Shown here: piece after piece, positions 17,859-28,742 of the stretch | Numbering within the stretch: position 1 is the first letter of the stretch | Layout: each line of letters opens with the position of its first letter | Assembly (NCBI GenBank): GCA_013372845.1 | Contig: JAALOD010000002.1 | Coordinates: forward strand, 29,428 to 90,688 | Direction: 5' to 3' | Origin: Candidatus Udaeobacter sp. | GTDB lineage: Bacteria > Verrucomicrobiota > Verrucomicrobiia > Chthoniobacterales > UBA10450 | Length of the DNA: 61,261 nt | Program-made: the position numbers and the translations under genes | The notes under the pieces: generated by a model | Seen by the model: the letters and a program-made list of their open reading frames with translations, nothing else | What the model was told of the DNA's origin: nothing | Databases searched by the model: none

Positions 17859-19289
17859 ATGGACAAGAAATGCACAGCTGTGCAATTGTCAGCCGCGCTC
17901 AAGCCACAGATTAGCTCGATAGCTTTAAACGCTGGTTTTCGGCGTCGAACTTGTCGAAGCGAAGACAAATCGCTCACACTTCGTGTTCCAAACAACATCT
18001 ATCAGTTTTGATAGGTAATTACATGCCGCACTGCAGACTGCCATCGTGACGACATTCGCGCCCGCGCCCGTAAGTTCTGCTCTCCGTCTGGAACTAGCAT
18101 ACAAATGCCCGCGAGATGCCGCGCCGCTGGAAAATTTTACCGGAGCCGCCCGCCGACATAAACCAGGCGCACCGTGCCGGCTCAATCCTGCGGAACACGT
18201 TCGAATCTTTCGGTTGGTCGAACAATGAAATTGGCATGCCGCCGCTCGCCGTGGCCAGGCGCCCGCACGCACGCAACCGCTTTCATTTATGGCGGTGTCG
18301 GTCTTGGCAAGACCACCTGATGCAGCCATCGGCCAATATGTCTGGGCAAGAAGAAAAACGTGAAAGTGATTTATGTCTCCAGTGAACTGTTCATCAACGA
18401 GTTTATCGACGCGATCCAGCACAGTAATCTGGTCAAATTCCGGAAGCGCTATCGGCAGGTCGATCTTCTCCTGATTGACGACATCCAATTTCTTGGAGGT
18501 AAAGAGCGGTCCCAGGAGGAATTCTTTCACACATTCAATACGCTTTTCGATGGACATAAGCAGATCGTCCTTTCCAGCGATCGGCCCGCTTCCGAGATCG
18601 CAAATCTGGAGCACCGCCTGGTTTCGCGCTTTGAATGGGGACTCACCGCTGAGCTTCAACCGCCGGACATCGAAACTCGTATGGCGATCCTGCGGAAAAA
18701 GCGCGCGGCATGCAGATCGTATTGCGCGACGAAGTTTTCAATTTCTCGCCACCGCATTCGCACAAATGTGCGCCGGCTGGAGGGCGCGCTTATGCGAGTC
18801 GCATCGTTTGCGTCACTCAGCGGCAAGGAACTGACGCAGGAGGTCGTGGAGCATTTGCTAAAAGATATTTTGCAGGAGGAAGGACGCCACTCCGTCACGA
18901 TCGAACAGATTCAACGGCGCGTAGCTGAACATTTCGATGTGCGCTTGGCCGACATGACAAGCAAGCGGCGCCCGGCCAGCATCGCCTTTCCGCGGCAAGT
19001 GGCGATGTATCTGCGCGCGAGCTACCAAGGCGTCCCTGAATGAAATTGGCGATGCATTCGGGGACGCGATCACGGCACCGTGCTGCACGCCTGCAAACTG
19101 GTAAAGAAACGAATGGCCGAACAAGACAATATTCGCCAGACGATATCCTTCATTGACAGTTCCTTCAACGTTGAGTGCGTTTCGAGCTTGCGATTCCGAC
19201 TACTGCAGCTACAAACTTGGTCGCCGCGGCGATATGAATCCGCCGAGGTGGACTTGCCCGACACTGGAGAGATTGCGGTTGCCGAATAA
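17859..19289 (+). pseudogene. dnaA: Chromosomal replication initiator DnaA, full length but with many frame breaks (possibly consensus errors)
   Basis: Frame-hopping translation gives MDKK..LSAALKPQISS/DSFKRWFSASNL/..LRVPNNIYQF/IGNYMP..LQTAIVTTF (domain I), LNP/RNTFESF..SNNE, FIYGGVGLGKTHLMQAIG (Walker A, broken), VKVIYVSSELFINEFIDAIQHSNLVKFRKRYRQVDLLLIDDIQFLGGKERSQEEFFHTFNTLFDGHKQIVLSSDRPASEI..LVSRFEWGLTAELQPPDIETRMAILRKK (intact 18360..), RIRTNVRRLEGALMRV, VTIEQIQRRVAEHFDVRLADMTSKRRPASIAFPRQVAMYL and GTVLHACKLV. At least six frame changes. The 3' end is approximate. Confidence 0.85.
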
Positions 19290-19323
19290 AACGCGAAGCC
19301 TTACATCTTAAACTCGTCTCATA

Positions 19324-20412
19324 ATGAAATTTAGTGTAGCGAAAGAAAACTGCTCGAAGGTCTGCAGCAGGTCCAAAACGTCGTCAGCACCCGCACTACT
19401 CTTCCTCATCCTTTCCAATGTTCTTTTGCAGGCGCACGGTGACGAAATTCATCTCACCACAACAGATCTTGATGTCGGTACGCGGCAGTTGTGAAGCGGA
19501 CGTAGAAAAGAAGGAGCGACCACGCTTCCTGCTCGTCGCTCTTCAATATCGTCCGTGAACTGCCTTCGAGTGAGATTCAGATAGACGTTAACGGAAAAAC
19601 GCCGCCTCCATTCGGAGCGGCCAAAGCTTTTTCAAAATTCTCGGCTGCCCGAGGAAGAATTTCCACCGCTGCCGAAATTCGAGGACGCGAAGGTTGTCAC
19701 GATTCGGCAAAAGGATTTGCGCGACGGTCTGCGCAAAACTTCCTATGCGATATCAACAGACGAGACTCGCTACGCTTAATGGCGTCCTGTTCAGTTTCAA
19801 GGAGAACAAGCTGACGCTGGTCGCGACAGACGGCCGGCGGCTTGCCATGGTCGAAATCGAATTGGAATTTCCGCGCAGCCACGAGGCGGACTTTATTGTT
19901 CCAACGAAGGCGGTGACAGAATTGCAACGCCTGCTTGCCGATGATGGCGAAATCAAGGTCAGCATGGGCAGCGGGCAGATCGCTTTTGATCTCAGCAAGA
20001 CGCTGCTCGTCTCGAAATTGATCGAAGGCAATTATCCAAACTATCGCCAGGTCATTCCGTCCGAGGCAAAAGAGCGAATAAAACTCGAGCGTGAAACGTT
20101 TCTAAATTCGCTGCGACGCGTTTCGCTGCTCGCGAGCGACAAATCGCATTCGGTCAAACTAAATTTCGGCAAGAACAACATCGACATTACCGCTACGACA
20201 CCGGAGGTAGGCGAAGCGAAGGAATCAATCGCCGTTGCCTATAAAGGGCGCGATTTTTCCATTGCGTTTAATCCGAATTCCTCATGGCGCCGCTACGCGC
20301 ACTGACCGAGGACGAAGTTTTTCTCGATCTCATCGACGAGATGAGCCCAGGTGTATTGAAAATTCAGACTCCATTTCTCTACGTCCTGATGCCGATGCGC
20401 ATCAGCTCGTAG
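19324..20412 (+). pseudogene. dnaN: DNA polymerase III beta sliding clamp, frame breaks in the first third and near the 3' end (possibly consensus errors)
   Basis: MKFSVAKE..ILSNVLLQAHGDEIHLTTTDLDVG / ..LPSSEIQIDVNGK / ..FPPLPKFEDAKVVTIRQKDLRDGLRKTSYAISTDETRYA / NGVLFSFKENKLTLVATDGRRLAMVEIE...YKGRDFSIAFNPN / ..LTEDEVFLDLIDEMSPGVLKIQTPFLYVLMPMRISS*. The middle section 19694-20305 is intact. Confidence 0.85.
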
Positions 20413-20523
20413 ACTGCAGCGAGTTAAGTCGCGTTCAGCCCTCGTAGCCACAGCCCTGCGGGCCGTCTATGCGTGCGAAACAAATCTAAAGATGGACTTG
20501 TCCCAGGCCGGTGCCTGCAGCGT

Positions 20524-21610
20524 TTACGATTCGTCCGGCTCGATGCTCGCCGAGGCGGCATCGCGGATTGCACCATCATCAGTTCGGTCACGTTCTCCGG
20601 CGTGAGTAAGCCGACCAGGCGCTTCATCCGATCCAGCGGGCACTGCCGGGCAATTGCACTCCTGCATGATTCGGAACGCATCTTCGAAACGCGTTCCAGT
20701 AGTCACCGTGGGAATATCCGCCGCATCACATCGCCCACGCGAAGCGCAGGATCGTTTTGCGCAACGCGGCGATCAAATCCTGACGCGTCAACAAACCGGC
20801 GACGCCGCCGGTGTCATCAACGACTGGAAAGTCGTGCTGCGAAGTCGCAAGCAACGCGTCGACCGCTTCTTGCAGGCTGGCGTCTTCCGAGAGCGTGCGA
20901 AATTCGCGCACCATCGCGCTGGAGACTGGAAACCGGCGCGAGATATCTTTCATCTGCGCCAGGGCTGCTTCCTGAGACGCACCGATATAAACGAAAAGCG
21001 CGATGAAGAGAAGAAACGGATTCCAAAGCAGACCGATGAAACCAAAGACGAATGCAAAACCCTGGCCGACGTTTCGGCGACCTGGTGGCGCGCGCATAAC
21101 TCAGCCGTGTGGCGAGCAGAGCGCGTAACACGCGCCCACCGTCCATTGGAAATGCCGGCAGCAAATTAAAAGCACCAGCATGATGTTAATCGTCAGCAAT
21201 TGCGCAACGAGCCGCCGCCTTCGACGCTCGAGGGATTCAGCAAGGCTTGCGATCCACCCGCGACGAACAAACCAAGTGCGATCACCACATTCACCAAGGG
21301 CCCGGCCACTGCGATGATTAATTCCTGAACCGGCTCCTCCGGCATGCGTTCCAGGCGCGCCACACCGCCGATCGGCAGCAACGTGATGTCCGGCGTGTTG
21401 ATCCCAAACGCTTTCGCAGCGAATGCGTGCCCGAATTCATGCAACACCACACAAAGGAAAAGAAGCAAAACAAATATCACGCGGCTCGCCGCCACCGCGA
21501 ACCGCCTTGCGCGTAATAGCCGAAAGCCAGCCAGGCAATCAGCAGCAGAACGTAATGTGAATCCGCAATTGAATGCCGGCGATGCGAAAGATTGGGAGAG
21601 ACCAGCTCAT
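20524..21610 (-). pseudogene. Site-2 (M50) metalloprotease with CBS domains, multiple frameshifts
   Basis: [21 protein letters not shown].. / [34 protein letters not shown] (HExxH) / [16 protein letters not shown] / [55 protein letters not shown] (CBS) / ..MKRLVGLLTPENVTELMMVQSA. The pieces lie in at least four frames. Confidence 0.7.
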
Positions 21611-21765
21611 CTAAAGTGAATTTGCTCCGGTATTGAATCGCGCGCCAGTGCGGTCGAAGCCGGATTGCGAGAGATTATAAACAGAAGAGAACAAAGAAAA
21701 ACAAAGAGTCTGCGCTGGAAGAAAAGCCTTCGTTGTCTTCGTTACATTCTGTGAAATTACCCGCG

Positions 21766-22800
21766 ATGGAAATTTTTGATGTCGCAATTATCGGCGGCGG
21801 CCCGGCCGGATCGAGTTGTGCGGCATTTTGCGCTCTGGCTGGTTTGCAAACGCTTGTCCTCGAGCGGGAAAGATTTCCGCGAGAAAAAGTGTGTGGCGAT
21901 TGTCTAAATCCATCGAGTTGGCCTGTATTGGAGCGTCTCGCACTCACGCGGCGGGTTTTGGATTTGCCTCACTCCAAACTCACCTCAGTCGAGTTCATCG
22001 CCATCGACGGTCACAAAGTCGTTGTCCATCTTCCAACTGGAGACGATTGCGAGATTTCGGTAAAACGCAGCCTCTTCGATGATCTGGTGCTGAGACGCGC
22101 TCGCGAAGTTGGCGCGCTGGTTCGCGAGGAAACAATCGTCACAGCGCTGGACCACAATGGCGATGAAAATTGCGACCGCCGCAAGCGAGGATTTTCACGC
22201 CCGGGCATTAATAGCCGCAGATGGACGCAACTCCACTGTTGCACGGCTGCGCAATTTGCTGCCGCGCCCTACGCGCGAACGCGTCGCATTGCAAGCGCAT
22301 CCCGCTGCGCAGAACTTCGGCAAGCGCATCGTACTGCAATTTCTTCGAGAAGGTTACTCTGGTCAGGCTCCAGTGAACAAAACCGAGCTCAATCTTTGCC
22401 TGGTGGACGCCGCCGACGATTTCGGCTGGCAATGGGCGCAAAGCCATTTCGAAATCGCCGCCAATCAACCCTGGCGCACCATCACTCCGCTCACACGTGC
22501 GCCGTTCCCTGCGCCCATGAAAATCTTCTTTCATAGGAGACGCTGCCCGCGTAGTAGAGCCATTTACCGGCGAAGGAATTTTTACGCACTTCGCTCAGGG
22601 AACTCGCAGCGGACGCCATTGCGAAAATCGTCAGAGGCAAAGATCGACAATTAGCGCTGCGAGAATTCGCTCGCGACTGCGCCGAAATGTATCGGAGAAG
22701 ACTCTGGATCAATCGGCTGGCGCGAGCGGCCGTTCTATCGCCTCGGCTGGCATCATTTTTATCCAAGCTGCGCGAGTTGAACCCATTTTTCGCTCGCTAA
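21766..22800 (+). pseudogene. FAD-dependent oxidoreductase (geranylgeranyl-reductase family), at least 2 frameshifts
   Basis: MEIFDVAIIGGGPAGSSCAAFCALAGLQTLVLERERFPREKVCGDCLNP.. / ..FHARALIAADGRNSTVARL.. / ..EFLRTSLRELAADAIAKIV..LWINRLARAAVLSPRLASFLSKL. Confidence 0.7.
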
Positions 22801-22875
22801 CTACAAAGATCGCTACACCTAAGTTGTAGCCGCGACCCTGTCGGTTGTCTGGGATAGATGTGCCTGAGCAAGGAG

Positions 22876-23754
22876 CTACAGGGATTGCCGAGCCGCTTTG
22901 ACCGTGTTGGACATCAGCATCGCAATGGTCATCGGGCCAACGCCGCCCGGCACCGGAGTGATCGCGCCTGCCTTTTTTGATACTTCATCAAATGAGACGT
23001 CGCCCACCAGGCGATAACCACGCTCGGCCGCTCCGTCCTCGACGCGATTAATCCCAACGTCAATGACGACGGCGCCGTCGCGCACGTGGTCAGCTTTCAC
23101 AAATTCCGCATGACCAATTGCTGCGACAATAATGTCGGCCGAGCGAGTAATCTCCGCGAGGTCGCGACTCCGTGAATGCACCACGGTCACTGTGGCATTA
23201 GCGTTCTCGTTCTTCTGCATGAGGAGCAAAGCCAGTGGTTTGCCCACTATCATGCTGCGGCCAAGAACCACGACATGTGCGCCGTTGATTTCAATTTTGC
23301 TCTCGATCAGCAAACGCTGCACCCCAAGCGGCGTACACGGAACAAAGCCGCTGGGATCGTCGAGTACAAGCTTTGCGACGTTCTCCGGATGAAATCCGTC
23401 CACATCCTTGCTTGGGTCGAGCGCACGTACGATCGCTGCTTCGTCGATATTATCGGGCGGCGGCGATTGAACCAAAATCCCATGGATGGTCGGGTCGGCA
23501 TTCAATTCTTCGACACGTCGCAGAAGCTCCATTTGCGTGGTCGACGCCGGTAACTCCAATTTCACCGAATGCAGTCCAAGCTCCCGACACATCTTGTCTT
23601 TCGAGCGCACATAAGCGCGCGATGCCGGGTCGTCGCCCACGAGAACCCCGGCAAGGCCCGGCGTGACGCCTTTTGTTTTTAGTTCGGCAATTTCGCGGCG
23701 AAGGTCTACATAAACTTTCTCCGCGATCGCGCGTCCATCGATGAGGTTGGGCAT
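22876..23754 (-). CDS. folD: Bifunctional methylenetetrahydrofolate dehydrogenase / methenyl-THF cyclohydrolase
   Basis: 292 aa, colinear with FolD: [82 protein letters not shown]. Confidence 0.92.
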   Translation of the reverse strand: MPNLIDGRAIAEKVYVDLRREIAELKTKGVTPGLAGVLVGDDPASRAYVRSKDKMCRELGLHSVKLELPASTTQMELLRRVEELNADPTIHGILVQSPPPDNIDEAAIVRALDPSKDVDGFHPENVAKLVLDDPSGFVPCTPLGVQRLLIESKIEINGAHVVVLGRSMIVGKPLALLLMQKNENANATVTVVHSRSRDLAEITRSADIIVAAIGHAEFVKADHVRDGAVVIDVGINRVEDGAAERGYRLVGDVSFDEVSKKAGAITPVPGGVGPMTIAMLMSNTVKAARQSL

Positions 23755-23771
23755 GATGATGCAACTTCAAT

Positions 23772-23862
23772 GTCGTTCCGAGCGAAGTCGAGGAGTCCCG
23801 TTGCATTACTTTCAGCAGCTCCACGGGATCCTTCGACTTCGCTTGGCTCCGCTCAGAATGAC
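23772..23862 (+). repeat. ~90-bp palindromic intergenic element, copy 2 of 3
   Basis: GTCGTTCCGAGCGAAGTCGAGGAGTCCCGT...GGGATCCTTCGACTTCGC..GCTCCGCTCAGAATGAC, located between folD and the DUF374 gene. Confidence 0.8.
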
Positions 23863-23870
23863 ACGAACAG

Positions 23871-24602
23871 TTAGCGCATTTCAACCAGCGCCATCATGGT
23901 GTTCTGTAAACTCAGGCGTTCGGCTTCAAATTGCTCCGGTGTGTTAGTCGCCCCAACACGATGCAGCTGGCTAACCAGCACACGTACTTTGGAAAATGGT
24001 CGCGGCACGATGAACCGGTCCCAGCTTCCCAGCCGCCAGCAATGCGAAAATTCCAGATTCATCGGCAACACTGCGGCACCTGATTTCTGGGCGAGGAAAA
24101 TAATCCCCGGACCAAGTTCGTAAACCGGGCCACGTGGACCATCCGGAGTCATCACTACATCACGGCCCGATGCTAGCACTTCGGTCAGCTGAAGAATTGC
24201 GCTCGCTCCCAGTCGAGAACTCGAACCGCGAACCACTTCGTAGCCAAAGCGATGGATTGCATCGGCGAGCAAATCGCCATCACGGCTGGCGCTAATGAGG
24301 GCTGCACCGTGACGATTTGGTAAAAACCGCCGCAAAACTAATGGAAAGATCAGCAAGCGATTGTGCCAGAGCGCGCCGATATAATTTTCCGTCACCGGTT
24401 TGCCGACAACGCCCGCTCGGTCATCGACTTCATAACGCAGCGTACGCGCCCAAATCTGCAGCAACCAAAATCCGAACGCGATCAACCATCGCGCAAGCCA
24501 ACCTTCGATCTTCAATTTTTCTTGCGTTTCGCCGAGACACTCTCCTCTCCCCATCGATACGTGTGAGCGCTGGGCAGCCCAATTTGGTCGAGAATACGCC
24601 AA
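23871..24602 (-). CDS. DUF374 / lysophospholipid-acyltransferase-like protein
   Basis: GALWHNRLLIFPLVLRRF..AALISASRDGDLLADAIHRFGYEVVRGSSSRLGA..DVVMTPDGPRGPVYELGPGIIFLAQKSGAAVLP is typical of DUF374. The start is uncertain (ATG at 24554 is possible). It overlaps the ubiX 3' end. Confidence 0.65.
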   Translation of the reverse strand: MAYSRPNWAAQRSHVSMGRGECLGETQEKLKIEGWLARWLIAFGFWLLQIWARTLRYEVDDRAGVVGKPVTENYIGALWHNRLLIFPLVLRRFLPNRHGAALISASRDGDLLADAIHRFGYEVVRGSSSRLGASAILQLTEVLASGRDVVMTPDGPRGPVYELGPGIIFLAQKSGAAVLPMNLEFSHCWRLGSWDRFIVPRPFSKVRVLVSQLHRVGATNTPEQFEAERLSLQNTMMALVEMR

Positions 24603-25087
24603 ACCACTGTGTCAACGACTTCGGTTACGGAACCGGGGCGGCTGTAGAACGAAGGAATCGCCGGCAACACAATCGCCCCGGCCTCGAGCAACGTCACCAC
24701 ATTCCGTGCGTGAATTAAATTCCACGGCGTCTCCCGCGGGACGACGATCAGTTTCCGGCGTTCCTTCAGGAAAACATCGGCGGCTCGCAACAACGCGCTA
24801 TCACTCGAACCGGAGGCGATTCGCCCCAGCGTAGCCATCGAACAAGGGACAATCACCATCGCGTCGAAACGCGCTGAGCCGCTGACGAATGGCACGTTCA
24901 TGTCGTTTTCAGAATGGTGCAAAACATTTGATGGGATCTTGAAATCATCGAGCTCCTGCTTCGCAACCGCTTTTGCAGGCGCGCTCATGACCAGATGAAT
25001 CTCGTGTGCCCCACAATCGATCTGCGCAAGCAACCTTTGCAGATAGATCGCGCCGCTGGCACCGGTAGCGGCAATCACCAGTTTCAT
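24512..25087 (-). CDS. ubiX: Flavin prenyltransferase UbiX
   Basis: Starting from ATG 25087: MKLVIAATGASGAIYLQRLL..MVIVPCSMATLGRIASG.SDSALLRAADVFLKERRKLIVVPRETPW..H..N...L...GA.VLPA.P.FY. The upstream part of the 249-aa ORF is not protein-like. Confidence 0.88.
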   Translation of the reverse strand: MKLVIAATGASGAIYLQRLLAQIDCGAHEIHLVMSAPAKAVAKQELDDFKIPSNVLHHSENDMNVPFVSGSARFDAMVIVPCSMATLGRIASGSSDSALLRAADVFLKERRKLIVVPRETPWNLIHARNVVTLLEAGAIVLPAIPSFYSRPGSVTEVVDTVVWRILDQIGLPSAHTYRWGEESVSAKRKKN

Positions 25088-25100
25088 TGACACAGAGAAA

Positions 25101-25811
25101 TCATAAGACCGACAGATAATACGGCAGCATGTCGCGCCAATAGCTCCACTCGTGGCCGCGCCATTTTCCGTCGTCGAGCCAATGCTTGATGCCTTTTGAA
25201 TTGAGAATCTCGGACAGTCGATACGATTCGTGGCGCGTGTTGTCCCATTCGCCGGTGCCAATGATGATGCCCATGTGATTGTATTTCCACGGGTCGCTCA
25301 TGTTCGGCAGATACTCGTACGGGCTGTTAAAGTAAATGTTATCGTCGTGATAACCATTGAAGAACGAACTGATGTCGAACGAGCCGCTCAAGCTGATGAG
25401 ATGACTCACGGTGTCAGGATGACGAAAAGCGATGTTCGCCGCGTGATATGCTCCGAGGCTCGCACCGCAAACTGCGACGCGATGACAATTGCATTCGCGG
25501 CGCGCGAGATCGAACACGTCGCGCACGATTACGTTTTCATACGCGTTATGTGTGCGCATCCGATCGGCTGGATGAATCGATTTGTTGTAAAAACTTTCGA
25601 GGTCGATGGCGTCCGGGCAGTAGACCGTCACTCTGCCCGCATCGACATAATCGCTCACGGAACCAACCAGGCCAAAGTCCTTGTTTTGATAATAACTGCC
25701 GAATGAGGTCGGGAAGAGGATCAGTGGCAGACCGCCTCCATTTCCGAACACAAGCATTTCAAATTCGCGGCTCAGCCACGGCGTGTACCATTTGACGTAA
25801 CGTTCGTTCAT
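25101..25811 (-). CDS. Esterase-family alpha/beta hydrolase (esterase D / putative-esterase family)
   Basis: SREFEMLVFGNGGGLPLILFPTS..; nucleophile elbow VCGASLGAYHAANI; ..GTGEWDN. Start taken at ATG 25811. Confidence 0.7.
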   Translation of the reverse strand: MNERYVKWYTPWLSREFEMLVFGNGGGLPLILFPTSFGSYYQNKDFGLVGSVSDYVDAGRVTVYCPDAIDLESFYNKSIHPADRMRTHNAYENVIVRDVFDLARRECNCHRVAVCGASLGAYHAANIAFRHPDTVSHLISLSGSFDISSFFNGYHDDNIYFNSPYEYLPNMSDPWKYNHMGIIIGTGEWDNTRHESYRLSEILNSKGIKHWLDDGKWRGHEWSYWRDMLPYYLSVL

Positions 25812-25907
25812 TAGAAGTAGCGCGACCATCTTGGTTGCAAGGCCGCTAAATCGCAAGCCGGCAGGCTTGCGCTACATTCCATCTTCGGCGAAGCATCTCG
25901 TTTTTCG

Positions 25908-26711
25908 ATGCCCAAGCATACGCTTACTGGAAACATTAAACGGCATCGCGCGTTTCCGTCGAAGATTCTTGGAAACCGACGCGACGTCCTGGTGTATTTG
26001 CCCCGCGGCTACCGGAGTCTCTCACGACGGCGTTATCCGGTGCTCTATTTGCACGACGGCCAAAATGTTTTCGATGCGGCGACTTCGTTTGCAGGCGTGG
26101 AATGGGGTATGGACGAAACGGCTGGACGCTTGATCAAAGAGAACCTTATCGAACCACTCATCATTGTCGCAGTTGCGAACATGGGCGAGGAACGTGTTGA
26201 TGAATACGCTCCGACGCGGGGAGTGATCGATGCCAAGGCGAAACGCAAGAAACGCAGCAAAGGTCTGGCCCGAAAGTATGGACACTTCCTAATGGACGAA
26301 CTCAAGCCTTACATCGACCGAAAATATCGAACCAACCCCGATGCGGAATTCACCGGATTAGGCGGTTCATCCCTGGGCGGTCTCGCCACGCTTGCGATTG
26401 GAATTTTATACCCTCAAGTCTTCGGGCGGCTTATGGTAATGTCGCCATCAATCTGGTGGGACAATTTCGCAATTTATCGACTCGTCGATTCGACCGAGCA
26501 GAAACCACCGTTGAAAATCTGGCTCGATACCGGCACAGCCGAACCCGGTTGGGAACACGCGCGCGAGTTACTCAACCGTCTCGTTAAGAAAGGCTGGAGG
26601 CTCAACAAGGATCTTCAGTACATAGAAGCCCAAGGCGCCGATCACAGCGAAGCGGCCTGGGCCGCGCGGGTCGAACCGGCGCTGCGGTTCTTATTTCCGT
26701 CGACAAAATAA
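25908..26711 (+). CDS. Esterase-family alpha/beta hydrolase (enterochelin-esterase-like)
   Basis: LVYLPRGY..RYPVLYLHDGQNVFD..; GLGGSSLGGLATL (GxSxG); MSPSIWWDN. Divergent from the other esterase. Confidence 0.7.
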   Translation: MPKHTLTGNIKRHRAFPSKILGNRRDVLVYLPRGYRSLSRRRYPVLYLHDGQNVFDAATSFAGVEWGMDETAGRLIKENLIEPLIIVAVANMGEERVDEYAPTRGVIDAKAKRKKRSKGLARKYGHFLMDELKPYIDRKYRTNPDAEFTGLGGSSLGGLATLAIGILYPQVFGRLMVMSPSIWWDNFAIYRLVDSTEQKPPLKIWLDTGTAEPGWEHARELLNRLVKKGWRLNKDLQYIEAQGADHSEAAWAARVEPALRFLFPSTK

Positions 26712-26843
26712 GTCCCACCTGCCTACCGGCGGGACCGGCGGCGGATTCGGCGGCAATGGTTCAGGAGGCGGCGTGGGAGTTGGTGGAGTCGGCTTGGGCG
26801 GTGATGGAGTTTCTGGCATCAGGCCTTCTTCAGAGAATCGTCT

Positions 26844-27641
26844 TTACTGCAACCACTTGCTGTAAACTTGATAAACGCGAACGGAGCCCCCAATGAAGTC
26901 CCAATCTTTTTGGTACGAAAAACTGCGAGCACGCGGGGACCAGGTGAGCTCGCGCGGTGATTCTGGGTGATTGGGATCGTAAACGAAATAGCGCTCAACT
27001 CCAGGATTCGGAGAAAAAGACTTTTGTTTATAAATTAAAACGGAATGATTGATGCTCAGACGTGGATAAGTAGTAAGGAATCCGATAAACACCTCGTCGC
27101 GCGCCAAGGCTGCATTCAAACGAGTGTGAGTCTTCTGCTGATACCCGGCACCGGCCTGAAACATCATTCGCGCGTTACTGATTCGGAAGTAGCTGGGCCA
27201 GCCATGCCCGATGTTTAGTTGCAAAAGTTCGCGACGTGCCTCGCTCATTTCCCGCAGGTTCTTGTATCCTGGAAACACAATTCGTTGATTTTCGGGCAAT
27301 GGCGCCGTCCAAGCCGCTCGGTGTGTCACGGCGCGAACGCGAGGAGCCAATGACGCATCGTCCAGGGGAGCGCCGTCGGGGTCAAAGCGCGCGAACTTCC
27401 TAAATTGCATCGCTGTGCGGCACAACACGAAACAGTGGCGATTGTATGCGTCTCGTTTCACCGCCGATTTTTTCCGCAAAGAAGCGTGTCCTTCGTGATA
27501 TTCGAACACGGTTTGATTTGCGAACGAGAAGGTGTCGCGGTCGAAGCGAAACTCTGGCTCTACGGCGCTTGCGGGTGTCGCAAAGATCCCGACCGCCCCC
27601 AGCCACGCAACACCCGCGAGTTTGCCCCAACTCCCAAACAT
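26844..27641 (-). CDS. Hypothetical secreted protein
   Basis: Start set at ATG 27641 (MFGSWGKLAGVAWLGAVGIFATPASA, a signal peptide) because the longer ORF would overlap accA. No family recognised. Confidence 0.5.
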   Translation of the reverse strand: MFGSWGKLAGVAWLGAVGIFATPASAVEPEFRFDRDTFSFANQTVFEYHEGHASLRKKSAVKRDAYNRHCFVLCRTAMQFRKFARFDPDGAPLDDASLAPRVRAVTHRAAWTAPLPENQRIVFPGYKNLREMSEARRELLQLNIGHGWPSYFRISNARMMFQAGAGYQQKTHTRLNAALARDEVFIGFLTTYPRLSINHSVLIYKQKSFSPNPGVERYFVYDPNHPESPRELTWSPRARSFSYQKDWDFIGGSVRVYQVYSKWLQ

Positions 27642-27645
27642 CACA

Positions 27646-28632
27646 TTAAGAGCGCGCCGAGGCGGCGGCGGTTTTGCCTTCGGAGAAGGTACCCAGCCGG
27701 CGAAATTTTTGATACCGTTTTTCCAACAGTTCGTCGCTTGGAACCTTGGAAATCTCCTGCAGGACCTGGCGCAGCGCTGCGCCAAGATTTGCAGCAACAG
27801 AATCATAGTCCCGATGCGCGCCGCCGTCCGGTTCAGAAATGATTTGGTCAACCACTTCCAGCTTCAATAAATCCTGTGCCGTCAATTTAAGCGCCTCGGC
27901 TGCTTCAGCGGCATGTCGGCGGTCTCTCCACAAAATCGCGGAACACGCTTCCGGGCTGATTACGGAGTAATAAGCGTTTTCCAGGATCATTACATGGTCT
28001 GCCACTCCGATGCCAAGCGCGCCACCCGAGCCGCCCTCGCCAATGACTGCCGCTATGACCGGCACGCGAAGCCTCATCATTTCGAGAAGATTTACGGCAA
28101 TGGCCTCCGAAATGTGACGTTCCTCCGATCCGATCCCGGGAAAAGCGCCTGGCGTATCGATCAATGAGATCACCGGCACGCGAAATTTTTCGGCCAGTCG
28201 CATTAATCGCAGTGCTTTGCGATAACCTTCAGGATGCGCGCAGCCGAAATTGCGCATCACATTTTCTTTTGTGTTGCGACCTTTTTGGTGGGTGATGACG
28301 ACGCAGCGCTGTGTGCCAAGTGTGGCCAGACCGCAAGGCATGGCTCGATCGTCGGCAAAGCGGCGATCTCCATGCAGCTCAATCCAATTTGTAAAGCACC
28401 GTTCGATGTAGTCCATCGCGAACGGCCGCTGCGTATGCCGCGCGATTTGCACGCGCTGCCAGGCAGTGAGATTGCCATAAATCTCCCGCCGCGTTTCGCG
28501 AAGTTTCTCCTCAACGGCCTTAACGGCCGAATCAAGGTCGACATCATGCGCGTCGGAGTGATTCTTTAAATCCTGTAGGCGCCGTTCCACCTCAAAGATC
28601 GGTTTTTCAAAATCGAGCGGTTGCCAATCCAT
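27646..28632 (-). CDS. accA: Acetyl-CoA carboxylase carboxyltransferase subunit alpha
   Basis: 328 aa. LDFEKPIFEVERRLQDLK..LTAWQRVQIARHTQRP..DRAMPCGLA..VITHQKGRNTKE...NFG...PEGYRKALRLM..AEKF..PVI..IDTPGA.PG..SEERH..EAIA. Confidence 0.92.
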   Translation of the reverse strand: MDWQPLDFEKPIFEVERRLQDLKNHSDAHDVDLDSAVKAVEEKLRETRREIYGNLTAWQRVQIARHTQRPFAMDYIERCFTNWIELHGDRRFADDRAMPCGLATLGTQRCVVITHQKGRNTKENVMRNFGCAHPEGYRKALRLMRLAEKFRVPVISLIDTPGAFPGIGSEERHISEAIAVNLLEMMRLRVPVIAAVIGEGGSGGALGIGVADHVMILENAYYSVISPEACSAILWRDRRHAAEAAEALKLTAQDLLKLEVVDQIISEPDGGAHRDYDSVAANLGAALRQVLQEISKVPSDELLEKRYQKFRRLGTFSEGKTAAASARS

Positions 28633-28636
28633 GGAA

Positions 28637-28727
28637 GTTAAAAAATTACACCGTTAAAAGAGTTACAAAGTCCAGAAACTCGCGGTCATGTCCAATCGTG
28701 TCCGTTTTAACATTGTAATTTTTTAAC
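28637..28727. repeat. 24-nt AT-rich inverted repeat in the LysM-accA intergenic region
   Basis: Left arm GTTAAAAAATTACACCGTTAAAAG (28637-28660). The reverse complement of 28703-28727 is GTTAAAAAATTACAATGTTAAAACG. About 21 of 24 positions match, with a 42-nt spacer. Confidence 0.7.
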
Positions 28728-28742
28728 TTTTTAACTCTGAAT

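Noticed and set aside
26696-26822. Small proline-rich ORF (MPETPSPPKPTPPTPTPPPPEPLPPNPPPVPP..) on the minus strand
   Set aside because: It is only ~42 codons long, arises from a GGCGG-rich tract and overlaps the 3' end of the esterase gene. It is most likely a compositional artefact.
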